A stretch of DNA of 63,513 nucleotides, counting the filler, from a bacterium (lineage in GTDB: Bacteria; JALSQH01), in the NCBI GenBank assembly GCA_026985515.1. It is 8 parts of 8 records of this genome, joined end to end, with 100 filler letters (N's around TTAATTAATTAA, not from the genome) between each part and the next. Parts side by side here need not be neighbours in the genome. Positions count along the whole stretch, not along the records: positions 10,420 to 29,280 come from JALSQH010000024.1; positions 29,381 to 34,431 come from JALSQH010000025.1; 6 more parts are not named here. One strand, written 5' to 3'. The notes beneath the pieces were generated by a model that saw nothing but the letters and a program-made list of their open reading frames with translations, searched no databases and had not been told where the DNA came from. The translations under genes were made by a program, and so were the position numbers. This document shows, piece after piece, positions 23,018 to 32,603 of the stretch (the first letter of the stretch is position 1; the number at the start of each line of letters is the position of its first letter).

Positions 23018-23980
23018 ATGCCCAAAAACTTTGCGATCATTGGGGTTGCAGGTTATGTCGCCCCCCGCCATCTCAAGGCGATTAAGGAAACGGGAAACAG
23101 GCTGGTTGCTGCTCTTGATAAGTGTGATTCAGTGGGTATCCTTGATCAGTATTTTGATGATGTGGATTTTTTCACCGAGTTTGAAAGATTTGACAGACAT
23201 GCTGAAAAGTTGAGGAGGATGGGGGAGGATAAAAGAATACATTATGTCAGTATATGCTCTCCCAACTACCTCCACGATGCCCATATAAGATTCGCACTGA
23301 GAATAGGGGCAGATGCAATTTGTGAGAAACCACTTGTTTTGAATCCGTGGAACCTCGATGCACTTGAAGAGATGGAGAGAGAAACTGGCAAAAGAGTTTA
23401 CAACATACTACAACTGAGGGTTCATCCTGCCATTCTTGCTCTCAAAGAGAAGGTTGAAAAGTCACCGCCGGATAAGATATATGACATCGACCTTATTTAC
23501 ATAACTTCCAGAGGGAAGTGGTATTTCATTTCATGGAAGGGGGATGTGTCAAAGTCTGGAGGTATTGCAACGAACATAGGTATTCACTTTTTTGATATGC
23601 TTCTCTGGATATTTGGTAAAATGAAGCACAGCGAGGTACATTACTCAGATCCGAGAAAGATGGGAGGGTACCTTGAGCTGGAGAGGGCAAGGGTGAGGTG
23701 GTTTCTCTCTCTCGATAAAAGAGATCTTCCACCCCGGGCAGTTGAAGAGGGGAAAACGACCTACAGAAGTATACTCATAGATGGAGAGGAGATAGAGTTT
23801 TCAACTGGTTTTACAGACTTACATACTGTTGTTTACAGGGAGATACTTGAGGGAAGAGGTTTTGGGATCAGCGATGCCCGTCCCTCCATTGAGTTGACTT
23901 ATATGATTAGAAACTCTTCTCCAATTGGGATCAGGGACACTTCTCATCCCCTTCTTGTGGGAGCGGTCAGAGAAAAATGA
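23018..23980 (+). CDS. WbpB/WlbA-type Gfo/Idh/MocA oxidoreductase (UDP-GlcNAcA 3-dehydrogenase)
   Basis: GVAGYVAPRH, SICSPNYLH, CEKPL, TNIGIHFFD, GFTDLH. Confidence 0.88.
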   Translation: MPKNFAIIGVAGYVAPRHLKAIKETGNRLVAALDKCDSVGILDQYFDDVDFFTEFERFDRHAEKLRRMGEDKRIHYVSICSPNYLHDAHIRFALRIGADAICEKPLVLNPWNLDALEEMERETGKRVYNILQLRVHPAILALKEKVEKSPPDKIYDIDLIYITSRGKWYFISWKGDVSKSGGIATNIGIHFFDMLLWIFGKMKHSEVHYSDPRKMGGYLELERARVRWFLSLDKRDLPPRAVEEGKTTYRSILIDGEEIEFSTGFTDLHTVVYREILEGRGFGISDARPSIELTYMIRNSSPIGIRDTSHPLLVGAVREK

Positions 23981-25062
23981 AGGTTGTATCCATAGTTGGA
24001 GCAAGGCCACAGTTTGTTAAGGCAGGTATTGTGTCCAGGGAATTGAGGAATAGAGGGGTGAGGGAAATATTTGTTCACACGGGACAGCATTATGATTTTG
24101 AGATGTCAGAGGTATTTTTCAGGGAGCTCAATCTCCCCGAACCAGATTATTATCTGGGAGTTGGTTCCGGAACCCACGGTGAGCAGACAGGACGAATGTT
24201 AATAGAAATTGAGAAGGTTCTCCTCAAGGAAAATCCTGATGTGGTTCTTGTTTATGGAGATACCAATTCAACTCTGGCCGGTGCACTCGCTGCCGCCAAA
24301 CTTCACATCGACGTTGCTCATGTTGAAGCAGGATTGAGAAGCTACAACATGGAGATGCCAGAGGAGATAAATAGAGTCTTAACGGATCATATCTCGAAAT
24401 TTTTGTTTGCTCCCACTGAAACTGCGGTTAAGAATTTGAAAAGAGAGGGGATTGAGAAGGGAGTGTATCTTGTTGGAGATGTTATGTATGATGTTGCCCT
24501 TGAGGTGCTTTCAAAAGTTGACGAGAGAGGAATTCTTTCGAAGTGGAATCTCCACCCGGATGGTTACATACTTGTAACCATTCACAGAGCAGAGAATACA
24601 GACAGTGAGAATCACCTGAGAGAGATTGCAGGTGCACTGAGGGAATTATCTCTTAACCACAATCATAAAATTTTTTTCCCGGTTCATCCCCGAACCAGAA
24701 AGAAACTCGAAGAATACAATCTCCTTGAAGTACTGGATGTACCCAATCTTATCCTTTCCAGACCTGTTACCTATTTTGAAATGGTTGTACTTGAGAAGAA
24801 TGCTGCTGCCATAATAACTGATTCTGGAGGGGTTCAGAAAGAGGGTTTCTTTTTTGGAACCAGATGTGTAATACCGAGAAATGAAACAGAATGGGTTGAG
24901 CTTGTTGAGACAGGCTGGAATATACTCTCTGGGGTAAAGAGTGAGGATATTGTAAAATCAACTCTGCAGATTATTTCTGGTGATCCTCCTGAGATCGGGA
25001 AAAGATTTTATGGAGAAGGTGATGCAAGTAAAAAAATCGCAGAACTTCTCACTTCTAACTGA
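23977..25062 (+). CDS. Non-hydrolysing UDP-sugar 2-epimerase (WecB family, WbpI/WlbD-like)
   Basis: GARPQFVK, HTGQH, GDTNST, HVEAGLRS, MPEEINR, TDSGGVQKE. Confidence 0.92.
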   Translation: MKVVSIVGARPQFVKAGIVSRELRNRGVREIFVHTGQHYDFEMSEVFFRELNLPEPDYYLGVGSGTHGEQTGRMLIEIEKVLLKENPDVVLVYGDTNSTLAGALAAAKLHIDVAHVEAGLRSYNMEMPEEINRVLTDHISKFLFAPTETAVKNLKREGIEKGVYLVGDVMYDVALEVLSKVDERGILSKWNLHPDGYILVTIHRAENTDSENHLREIAGALRELSLNHNHKIFFPVHPRTRKKLEEYNLLEVLDVPNLILSRPVTYFEMVVLEKNAAAIITDSGGVQKEGFFFGTRCVIPRNETEWVELVETGWNILSGVKSEDIVKSTLQIISGDPPEIGKRFYGEGDASKKIAELLTSN

Positions 25063-26719
25063 GTTTTTTCTTGTGTTTCTTCTCTTCAACCCTGTTAACT
25101 TACTCGGATGGAATACATTTGTGGTCAGGGGGGATTTGAAAAATGGCCTTTTAATTGACAATGGAGTTTATTTTATTGGAATTGGCGGGGAGAAATCTTC
25201 AAAACCGGGTATGATAACAGAGCTTAAACTGCACAATTCAAATTTCAATTTCAGCGCAGATATTGGTGATTATAATCTATTCTTCCCTGAATTTCATGTC
25301 GTGTGGAAAGATTTCAGACCCTCCTATCCTGGAGTGCCAGGTTATTACAGGGGGGATTTACATGGAACAACCAGAATTGCTCGTTACTGGGAAAAAGGTA
25401 GTTTCCTCTATGTGAAGGTAAAGTGGATCAATGGATGGATTGATGCTGAATGGCTCTACGCCATACCGTACGGGAAAAATTTCTTCACAGTTGACATAGA
25501 GAGAATTGTCAGGAAAGGCTATGTCTATACAAATTACCAGCAATGCACAATGGTCAATCCCGATATGAAAGTCAGTTACATTGTGGATGAAATGGGTCAA
25601 TTTGTGAAAACATTTGATGCAGAGAAAGGGTACATGCCCTCTACTTGTAAAGAATACATAATGTTTGGAGCTATTGACAGGGGGATGGCAAAAAGATATC
25701 CAGCTTTTGCGTGGTATGATCCGGAGAGAAATGTCAGCATTGGTATGATAACCACATGGGTTTCGTCCAATCAGAGAAAAGTAATTTCCTATCATGGTGG
25801 TGGATCTTCGCTTAAACACCCTGGTTTTGGAGAAGGACAGTGGAACTGGTTTGGAGATGCCGATGATGGCTCCAAGTATTTACCCTCAGGCACAAGATTT
25901 GGAATGGAAATAGTTTATGTGGTGGGAAGGGGTGACCCTGAGGAAGTCGTTGATAAATTTAACAGGAGAATTTTCAGGGAAAGTATAGATAGAGGTGAGA
26001 AAATTGCTCCTGATATTTTTACAGCTGGATGGGGAGGAAGAAGGTCTATGAAGGGTGAGAACTGGAAATATAATTACAATTTTCCCACTATTTCTGGAAA
26101 CTGGGTCTCTGATCATTTTCTCTTTGCCCACAATTCCTTTATTCTACCATGGATGAAGAATGGTGTTTCTGGTGTGGGGGATGCGATTTTTTCTATCTGG
26201 GTGAAGGGCAAAAAAGGGGGAAAAGAAGTTAATTTGACCCCTGTGTATGACCCGGATAAAAAGCCAGTTGAGATGGGAGGAGATGGCAGTTATGGATGGG
26301 TAAGGTGGTACAATCCCGAATTGAAGGTCTGGACAAAAATAGAGGTTTCGAAAGGAAAGAATGGCAGGAATTTTACAATTTCTTCAGCGGTCACTGGCAA
26401 CACTACGTTAAGGCCTTTTATTTTTATAAAACCGGGAAGAAATATTGTTTTTAAAACAGCGAAGGATGGCTGGGTATTTTTCAGGAAGGGCTATGGGGGA
26501 ATATGCGTGAAAAACTCCAGGCATAATAGACTGATTAAATCAGGTGCTAATTTTGAGATACCTTTTACCGGAAAAATTGCTCTGAATATGGTGGTGTTAA
26601 AAGGTGAAGAGAATGTAAAAAGTGGATGTTCTGTTGCCCACGATTCCATAATGTTTTACAGAGACCTTCTTCCGCCTTCCTATCTTGGTGGAAGACTTCC
26701 CTATGGATTCAGATTTTGA
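25022..26719 (+). CDS. Exported Trp/Tyr/Gly-rich hypothetical protein within the glycan cluster
   Basis: Long ORF with hydrophobic N-terminal segment after ATG 25022; no family recognised. Confidence 0.7.
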   Translation: MQVKKSQNFSLLTEFFLVFLLFNPVNLLGWNTFVVRGDLKNGLLIDNGVYFIGIGGEKSSKPGMITELKLHNSNFNFSADIGDYNLFFPEFHVVWKDFRPSYPGVPGYYRGDLHGTTRIARYWEKGSFLYVKVKWINGWIDAEWLYAIPYGKNFFTVDIERIVRKGYVYTNYQQCTMVNPDMKVSYIVDEMGQFVKTFDAEKGYMPSTCKEYIMFGAIDRGMAKRYPAFAWYDPERNVSIGMITTWVSSNQRKVISYHGGGSSLKHPGFGEGQWNWFGDADDGSKYLPSGTRFGMEIVYVVGRGDPEEVVDKFNRRIFRESIDRGEKIAPDIFTAGWGGRRSMKGENWKYNYNFPTISGNWVSDHFLFAHNSFILPWMKNGVSGVGDAIFSIWVKGKKGGKEVNLTPVYDPDKKPVEMGGDGSYGWVRWYNPELKVWTKIEVSKGKNGRNFTISSAVTGNTTLRPFIFIKPGRNIVFKTAKDGWVFFRKGYGGICVKNSRHNRLIKSGANFEIPFTGKIALNMVVLKGEENVKSGCSVAHDSIMFYRDLLPPSYLGGRLPYGFRF

Positions 26720-26770
26720 AAGTTGCAACCCTATCTGATAAAATTATCCTTACATACTTTCAGCGCAGTT

Positions 26771-27553
26771 ATGAAAGAGATTGGTTTGATTGAGATTTTT
26801 GAATTATTCTGGAAAAGATGGATTCTCTTTCTTTCCGTTGTGGTTATCTCCGGGTTGGCTGGGTTTGGTTTCTCTTTTCTCCTAAGACCACAGTATAGAA
26901 CTGAAGCCCTTATCAGGGTGCCTCTCGAATATAATGAAATTAAGGGTAAAAGAGAGAGTGTTGTTCCTGTTTCGTTTTATAAAGAATATTTTCAATCTCT
27001 CAATGAGCTTCTCTACCATGGAAATTTTCCCCTTCTGTCCAGATTAACAGGGATAAACAGGGAAGAACTTTCATCACTATCCAGACTCAGGATTGAAATC
27101 CCGGCTGCTTATCTTATTAATTTGAAAGTTGAGGGTTATTCACCCTCTTCAGTTTACCGGATTGCAGAGTCTCTTATCCAGAGGATGAAGAAAATAGATG
27201 GTGCAGAATCATATTTAAAAAGGAAAAGACTTCAGTTAGAAAAGTATCTGAGCAGGTTGAAGGATAGTATTGAGTATTCAAAAAAACTCCGGAATTCTAA
27301 TAAGGTGGAAAAGTTGTTTTTTGACCCTGCTCTCTCGCTTATTGAGGGGGAAAAGGAAATAAACAGGGCGGAGCTCCTCCTGCAGAATCTTTCAAGTATG
27401 AGGGTCCTTATTCCACCATCTTTACCTGCAAAGCCATTCAAACCGCACAGAATTTTCTGGATTTTTGTTTTTGTGATGGCTGGCATATTTGTTGATTTTA
27501 TAATGGCCATTTACCTGTTATACAGAGAAGAAAAGGGATCGCAGGGAGAATGA
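26771..27553 (+). CDS. Wzz-like chain length determinant
   Basis: EIGLIEIF..FWKR + TM + P.Y...A; C-terminal P..P.KP + TM. Confidence 0.8.
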   Translation: MKEIGLIEIFELFWKRWILFLSVVVISGLAGFGFSFLLRPQYRTEALIRVPLEYNEIKGKRESVVPVSFYKEYFQSLNELLYHGNFPLLSRLTGINREELSSLSRLRIEIPAAYLINLKVEGYSPSSVYRIAESLIQRMKKIDGAESYLKRKRLQLEKYLSRLKDSIEYSKKLRNSNKVEKLFFDPALSLIEGEKEINRAELLLQNLSSMRVLIPPSLPAKPFKPHRIFWIFVFVMAGIFVDFIMAIYLLYREEKGSQGE

Positions 27554-27562
27554 TCCAATCCG

Positions 27563-28828
27563 ATGAAAAGAGATCTTTCTCTAACTTTTCTTACTCAAGT
27601 AATTGTGTTGATTGCAGGTTTGTACACCTATCGGCTTGCAAGAGTTAAATTCTCTGATATCATCTTTGCAGATTATGCTCTGATAAAAAGAAACACAAGT
27701 TTTTTGTTTTCATTTTTCTTTTTCGGATTTTCAGTGGCGATTCCAAGATATGTTTCTATTTTCAGAAAAGAGAGCGAGGGCAGTGAGGGGTCAGTTCTTA
27801 TCTTTTCAACAATTTTTATCCTTTCCATATCAGTTTTGATCTTCCTTACAGGCCTCAGTTTAAAGGGTGAGATTGCCTATCTTCTCTTTGGAAGCAGGAA
27901 GTACAGCCATTACATTTTACCTTTTCTCCTGATGCTTACAGGTATGCTTTTTCATTCCCTTCCATACTCTTTTTTCAGAGGCAGAGTTCAAATGGTAAAT
28001 GCAAATTTGCTTCAGTTGCTCGATTATGCTTTGATTCCCGTTGTGGTTTTCATTTATGGTAAATCTCTCCGAAATATCCTTATAATCACCGGAACAGGAT
28101 GGCTTGCTGTCTCTCTATTTGTTTTAATCCTGCTTTTCTTTTCCCTTGGATCAGAGGTGAGTGTCGGGGAGATCATTGAGAAAGGAAAGATACTTATTTC
28201 ATATGGCATTCAGAGAATCCCGGCTGATTTTGGTTTGTCTGCCCTGCTTTCACTTCCTCCTATTGTAGCGGCACATATTTTTTCCCCGGTTTACGGAGGT
28301 TACACTGCCTTTGCCGTCTCCCTTGTGAGAATGGTGGGTGCTCTTTTTGCACCTCTCGGAATAGTGTTACTACCTGTATTTACCTCAATGGTGAAAGAAG
28401 GTAAATTCAACACTGTCAGAAAGTATGTGACTCGTCTCGTTGCTTTTACAACACTTGTAAGTATTGTGGGAATTTTAATCTATTTTGTTGCCGATTCTTT
28501 ATTGCTGAGAATTTATCTGGGTTCATTTAAAGATGAGTTATTGTATGCCACTGATATTTTTATTTCGGCAGCCATCGGTTACAATGTTTTTGTCGCTCTG
28601 AGAAGTTTCATTGATGCCGTTTATTTTTTCAGCATAAATACAGTAAACATAGTTGCATCTGTAATCCTTCTCATTTTCCTTATCGGGGTGGTATGGATGT
28701 TACATCCATCTTTCAATGCTACTCTGATCATACTTTCTTCTCCCCTTTATCTCCTCGGCTTGCTTACTTTTTTCACTGCAAGAATAACACTTGTGAGATT
28801 CAGGAAGGGCGATGTCAGGATCAGGTAG
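27563..28828 (+). CDS. Second Wzx-type flippase
   Basis: Multi-TM (about 12 segments), between Wzz and a Wzy-like gene. Confidence 0.75.
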   Translation: MKRDLSLTFLTQVIVLIAGLYTYRLARVKFSDIIFADYALIKRNTSFLFSFFFFGFSVAIPRYVSIFRKESEGSEGSVLIFSTIFILSISVLIFLTGLSLKGEIAYLLFGSRKYSHYILPFLLMLTGMLFHSLPYSFFRGRVQMVNANLLQLLDYALIPVVVFIYGKSLRNILIITGTGWLAVSLFVLILLFFSLGSEVSVGEIIEKGKILISYGIQRIPADFGLSALLSLPPIVAAHIFSPVYGGYTAFAVSLVRMVGALFAPLGIVLLPVFTSMVKEGKFNTVRKYVTRLVAFTTLVSIVGILIYFVADSLLLRIYLGSFKDELLYATDIFISAAIGYNVFVALRSFIDAVYFFSINTVNIVASVILLIFLIGVVWMLHPSFNATLIILSSPLYLLGLLTFFTARITLVRFRKGDVRIR

Positions 28829-29280
28829 AAGAGTATTGTTTGTGTTAGTTATTCTCATCTTCAGAGTACTTCTTGAGATCATTTACATAAAGTTCATTGC
28901 CCCATCATATTCATACATGGGTTTTCACTTCTCACCAGATTTCTCAAGATTCCTTATAAGTTACATTTTCCTGATTTTTCTGGCGCTTTTATTTCCCGAA
29001 AATACGGGGTCGCTATCAAGGGTTTTATGGTCATACATTTTTGTAACCCTCTATGTCCCGGCGTCTGCAATGTACTGGATGGATGCTGATTTCTCCTCCG
29101 CATACTTTTTCACGATTACTTTTTTCTCGCTATTTGTTAATCTGATTCTCAATTTCAAAAGCGGTTTTGTAATCAGGTTCAGATCCTCTCTTTCCATGGA
29201 CAATTTCCTGCTGTTGATGCTCCTCCTTGATCTCTTATTTTTCGTCACGCTTCTCAGGCATTACGGAATTGTTTTGAGAA
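28812..29280 (+). CDS. Polytopic membrane protein, probable O-antigen polymerase Wzy (truncated)
   Basis: Very hydrophobic, Y/F-rich; follows wzz-wzx. Confidence 0.55.
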
Positions 29281-29380
29281 NNNNNNNNNNNNNNNNNNNN
29301 NNNNNNNNNNNNNNNNNNNNNNNNTTAATTAATTAANNNNNNNNNNNNNNNNNNNNNNNNNNNNNNNNNNNNNNNNNNNN
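29281..29380. other. Assembly spacer
   Basis: N44-TTAATTAATTAA-N44. Confidence 0.98.
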
Positions 29381-30166
29381 ATTTCTGTTTCAGGGATTGT
29401 TTATGCAGGGGGGGGTATTGCAGTTAGATTCATGCCCACCACCAGGGAGGAGGTTGACAGACTCCTCTTCTCCATCTTTTACAGGTATCATCCAGAGGGT
29501 GGGCTGGTGGGGAGGTATTTCAGATACTACCAGGAACTTCTTGATAAAACTGGAAAGAAAGATTTTTCTCCACAGGCTTATATGATTCTTAAGGAATTGA
29601 CTGCACTGCTGACATTTCTTGCTGGAATTTTTCTTTCTGGTCCCCTTCTCTCTCTTCTCCTTGCTGTCGCCGTTTTTCTTTACCCGGATGCAAAAATGAG
29701 AAGCCAGATTGAAGCAGAAAAAGAGGAGATGAGAAGAAATTTCCCATACTTCGTTGACCTTCTCGCCATTGTGGTTGAAAGTGGAGTGGATTTCAACTCC
29801 GCGGTCGAAAAAATCTCAAAAAGTTTCATTGAGGGAAGATTAAAGAAGGAGCTGGAAGAAATTGTGACACATCTCAAGAGAGGGATGAGAAGGAGGGATG
29901 TGCTCAAGTGGTGGGCTGAGAGGTGGAAGATTGAAGAAATAGAAATCTTCTCTTCGCTGATGATTCAGGCAGAAGAAACTGGAGCATCCATGGGAAAAAC
30001 TCTCAGAGACCTGGCAGAAAGAGTGAGGGAGGAGAGATTTACCTCAGTGGAGAAAAAAGCTTCAGAGTTACCGGTGAAACTTCTTTTTCCTCTCTTTCTG
30101 ATATTTGGTTCAGTGATGATGGTTATTTTTGCCATTATTATCGCCCAGATATGGGGGGTTGTGTGA
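29381..30166 (+). CDS. tadC: TadC-like (T2SS F-domain) pilus platform protein, 5' truncated
   Basis: Frame open from the segment start; FPYFVDLLAIVVESG, LMIQAEETG, E.KA..LPVKLLFPL. Confidence 0.85.
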   Translation: MSVSGIVYAGGGIAVRFMPTTREEVDRLLFSIFYRYHPEGGLVGRYFRYYQELLDKTGKKDFSPQAYMILKELTALLTFLAGIFLSGPLLSLLLAVAVFLYPDAKMRSQIEAEKEEMRRNFPYFVDLLAIVVESGVDFNSAVEKISKSFIEGRLKKELEEIVTHLKRGMRRRDVLKWWAERWKIEEIEIFSSLMIQAEETGASMGKTLRDLAERVREERFTSVEKKASELPVKLLFPLFLIFGSVMMVIFAIIIAQIWGVV

Positions 30167-30573
30167 TGAGAAGGCTTCTTCCTTTGTTTCTGATTCTTTT
30201 AATCTCCTGCTCCACACTGCATAGAGGAAGAAGAAACGATCTTGAGATGGCAAGATACTTCAGAAAGAAGGGTGACAGGGTAAGGGCAGCTGTTTTCTAC
30301 ATCCGGGTGCTCAGAAAAAATCAGAGTAATGTTGAGGCTCTCGAGTATCTCTACCATTTCTACAGAGAGGAAAACGATAGATTGAGGGCTTTTGAAGTCC
30401 TGATGAAACTTTCTTCACTCCAGCCAGGGAAACCCCTCTGGCATCTCGAAATGGCGGAGATGCTCATTGGTGATGGCGACCTTGAGGATGGGTGTTACGA
30501 ACTTTCCAGAGTGAAGGTTGCAGATGGTTTAAGGAAAAAGTATGAAAAGTTGAAGGAGGAGTGTGAGAGATGA
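30166..30573 (+). CDS. Small TPR-like lipoprotein
   Basis: Lipobox LISC, TPR-like helices, coupled to the tadC stop. Confidence 0.6.
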   Translation: MRRLLPLFLILLISCSTLHRGRRNDLEMARYFRKKGDRVRAAVFYIRVLRKNQSNVEALEYLYHFYREENDRLRAFEVLMKLSSLQPGKPLWHLEMAEMLIGDGDLEDGCYELSRVKVADGLRKKYEKLKEECER

Positions 30574-32600
30574 AGGGTAAAATTACAGCTTTTCTCGTTG
30601 CTATTCTCCTGTTTCTCTCTGGTTGTGGGGGAGAAAAAGTTGCCGAACATTTTTCATTTCCCTTTTTACCCCCACAGAAGATCTTCGCTGGTACCTCAGG
30701 ATCTCTTGTGATCGTGTTTGACAGGGATATTGACTCGGTTTCCGGTGAGAACCTGCCTTCATGGAGCCGATTTTACCTTGCTGCAAAGAGGAGAGCAGTG
30801 GTTGAATATGCTCCACCTGTAACATTAAGCGGGGTTTTTCAGCTGAAACTTTCCGCTGTGTCTGGTGGGGAAAAAGTAAAAGGAGTCCTCCAGCTGACCG
30901 TTCTGAAGCCTGAATTAAGAGTGAATTACCCCCCTGTCCTTTCCCTCCCCGATAGTGTGGCGGTGAGAGAGGGTGAGGAGGTGAAATTTTATGTCAGTGC
31001 AGTTGATCCTGAGGGAAATCCCGTGAAAGTTAGTGTTGATGCTTCTTCTATAGGGAGTAAGGGCAAAAAATTCAGTTTTGATGGAAAAGTTTTCAGGTGG
31101 CAGACAGACTACAATTCAGAGGGAGAGTATCCCATCTACTTCACCGCCTCAGATGGTGAGAGAATTTCCACAGGGAGAGTTTTAATAGAGGTGCTTGATA
31201 GTGTACCAGACCCGGAACTATACTCTGAGGCATTTACCTTTACCATTCATCAGGGGGAAGTTTTCACCTTCAGGTTCGGTATCGGGGGCAGATACGATGG
31301 CACAAGGGTCTACCTTTCCAGGAATATTGAGGGAATGTCCCTGACAGTTACAGGAGATGATGCTGTGGTGAGGTTCATTCCGGGCTTTAATTATGGAGAT
31401 GAAGAGGTGACCAGCTTTGTGCTGGTTGACAATGGAGAGGCTAAAAAGATGGTGAGACTTACCTTCAGGGTGGTAAGGGAAGGGAAACTTCTGTTTGACT
31501 TTCATGGTACCGATGCCTTTCTATCTCCTCTGATATACAACAGGTATGCAGTTCTTGTCTCGATGGGAAGCAACAGAGGGAATCTGTACCTACTGGATTT
31601 TTATTCTGACAATCCTGTGGCTGTTACTGATACCATCCCGTATGGTGGAGATATATATTTCAGCGGAGTTGCGGGAAAATTCTTCACCATCTATTACGGA
31701 AGTGGTGAGGATGGAGAAATTTTTTCAACCAGGCTCTTCAGTTCAGAGTTCACTCCTGAAACAGGTGAGAGATACATTTCCTCACTTCACACAGATTCTT
31801 CCTTCTCCTTTGGTATTGATAATGGCTGGTCGGGAGTTTTTCACGATTTTCTACTTTTTCCCGATTATACCACAGATCACGCGGTGAAATTTCTCCGAAG
31901 GTCTCTTCCGTCTCAGGACCGGCTCTTTTCAGAATTTCCCGATGATAAATGGGTTGCTTCACCACCTGATAGTAACGCACCTTTATTCTCATATCCCGTT
32001 ACAGGGGTGAAGATGCTTTTTGATGGTAAAAATCATCTACTTGTCTCTTCTTCCCTGATTGATAACTGGCCTTCACCTCATGGACCTGTTTCCGCACATC
32101 TTGCTTATATCGGGCTTGAGGGAGATACATTCAGTGAAGTTAAGGTTGACTATGTGAAGCCTGTAACCCTGCCCGATGATTTTGCAGATGCAGTGACAGA
32201 ATTTATTATGGCTTCACCTGGTTATGGAGAAAATGGCAAAATGAGATTTCTCCTTGTGGATGGTACGGGATTAAAAGGTGTTATCGGTTACTTTGATGAT
32301 GAAGGAGTGATTTTTGACAATTATTTCATCTCTTTTTCATCAAGGGTGAAGAGGGTCTTTCCTGTGGATAATGGGTGTTTCTATGTCTATTACACCACCA
32401 TGCATATTCAGAGGTTCTGTGAGATAGGTGGAAGGTACAGAATGGCAGGTTATGAGAAAGATGTGGCCGGGCTGACTTCCTTTGGAGGGGAAATTCTCAA
32501 TCTGACCACAGCAGGTGGAAGGGTTTTTATCCTTCTGGGTAAGGGTGGAAGATTTCAGGTTATAGACATTCCTGAAAAAATTCTGCAGCAGGGAGGATAA
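30570..32600 (+). CDS. Lipoprotein with Ig/cadherin-like domains and beta-rich C-terminus
   Basis: Lipobox LSGC; NYPPVL....V.VREGE...F.VSA.DPEG and F.ASDG motifs. Confidence 0.65.
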   Translation: MKGKITAFLVAILLFLSGCGGEKVAEHFSFPFLPPQKIFAGTSGSLVIVFDRDIDSVSGENLPSWSRFYLAAKRRAVVEYAPPVTLSGVFQLKLSAVSGGEKVKGVLQLTVLKPELRVNYPPVLSLPDSVAVREGEEVKFYVSAVDPEGNPVKVSVDASSIGSKGKKFSFDGKVFRWQTDYNSEGEYPIYFTASDGERISTGRVLIEVLDSVPDPELYSEAFTFTIHQGEVFTFRFGIGGRYDGTRVYLSRNIEGMSLTVTGDDAVVRFIPGFNYGDEEVTSFVLVDNGEAKKMVRLTFRVVREGKLLFDFHGTDAFLSPLIYNRYAVLVSMGSNRGNLYLLDFYSDNPVAVTDTIPYGGDIYFSGVAGKFFTIYYGSGEDGEIFSTRLFSSEFTPETGERYISSLHTDSSFSFGIDNGWSGVFHDFLLFPDYTTDHAVKFLRRSLPSQDRLFSEFPDDKWVASPPDSNAPLFSYPVTGVKMLFDGKNHLLVSSSLIDNWPSPHGPVSAHLAYIGLEGDTFSEVKVDYVKPVTLPDDFADAVTEFIMASPGYGENGKMRFLLVDGTGLKGVIGYFDDEGVIFDNYFISFSSRVKRVFPVDNGCFYVYYTTMHIQRFCEIGGRYRMAGYEKDVAGLTSFGGEILNLTTAGGRVFILLGKGGRFQVIDIPEKILQQGG

Positions 32601-32603
32601 AAG

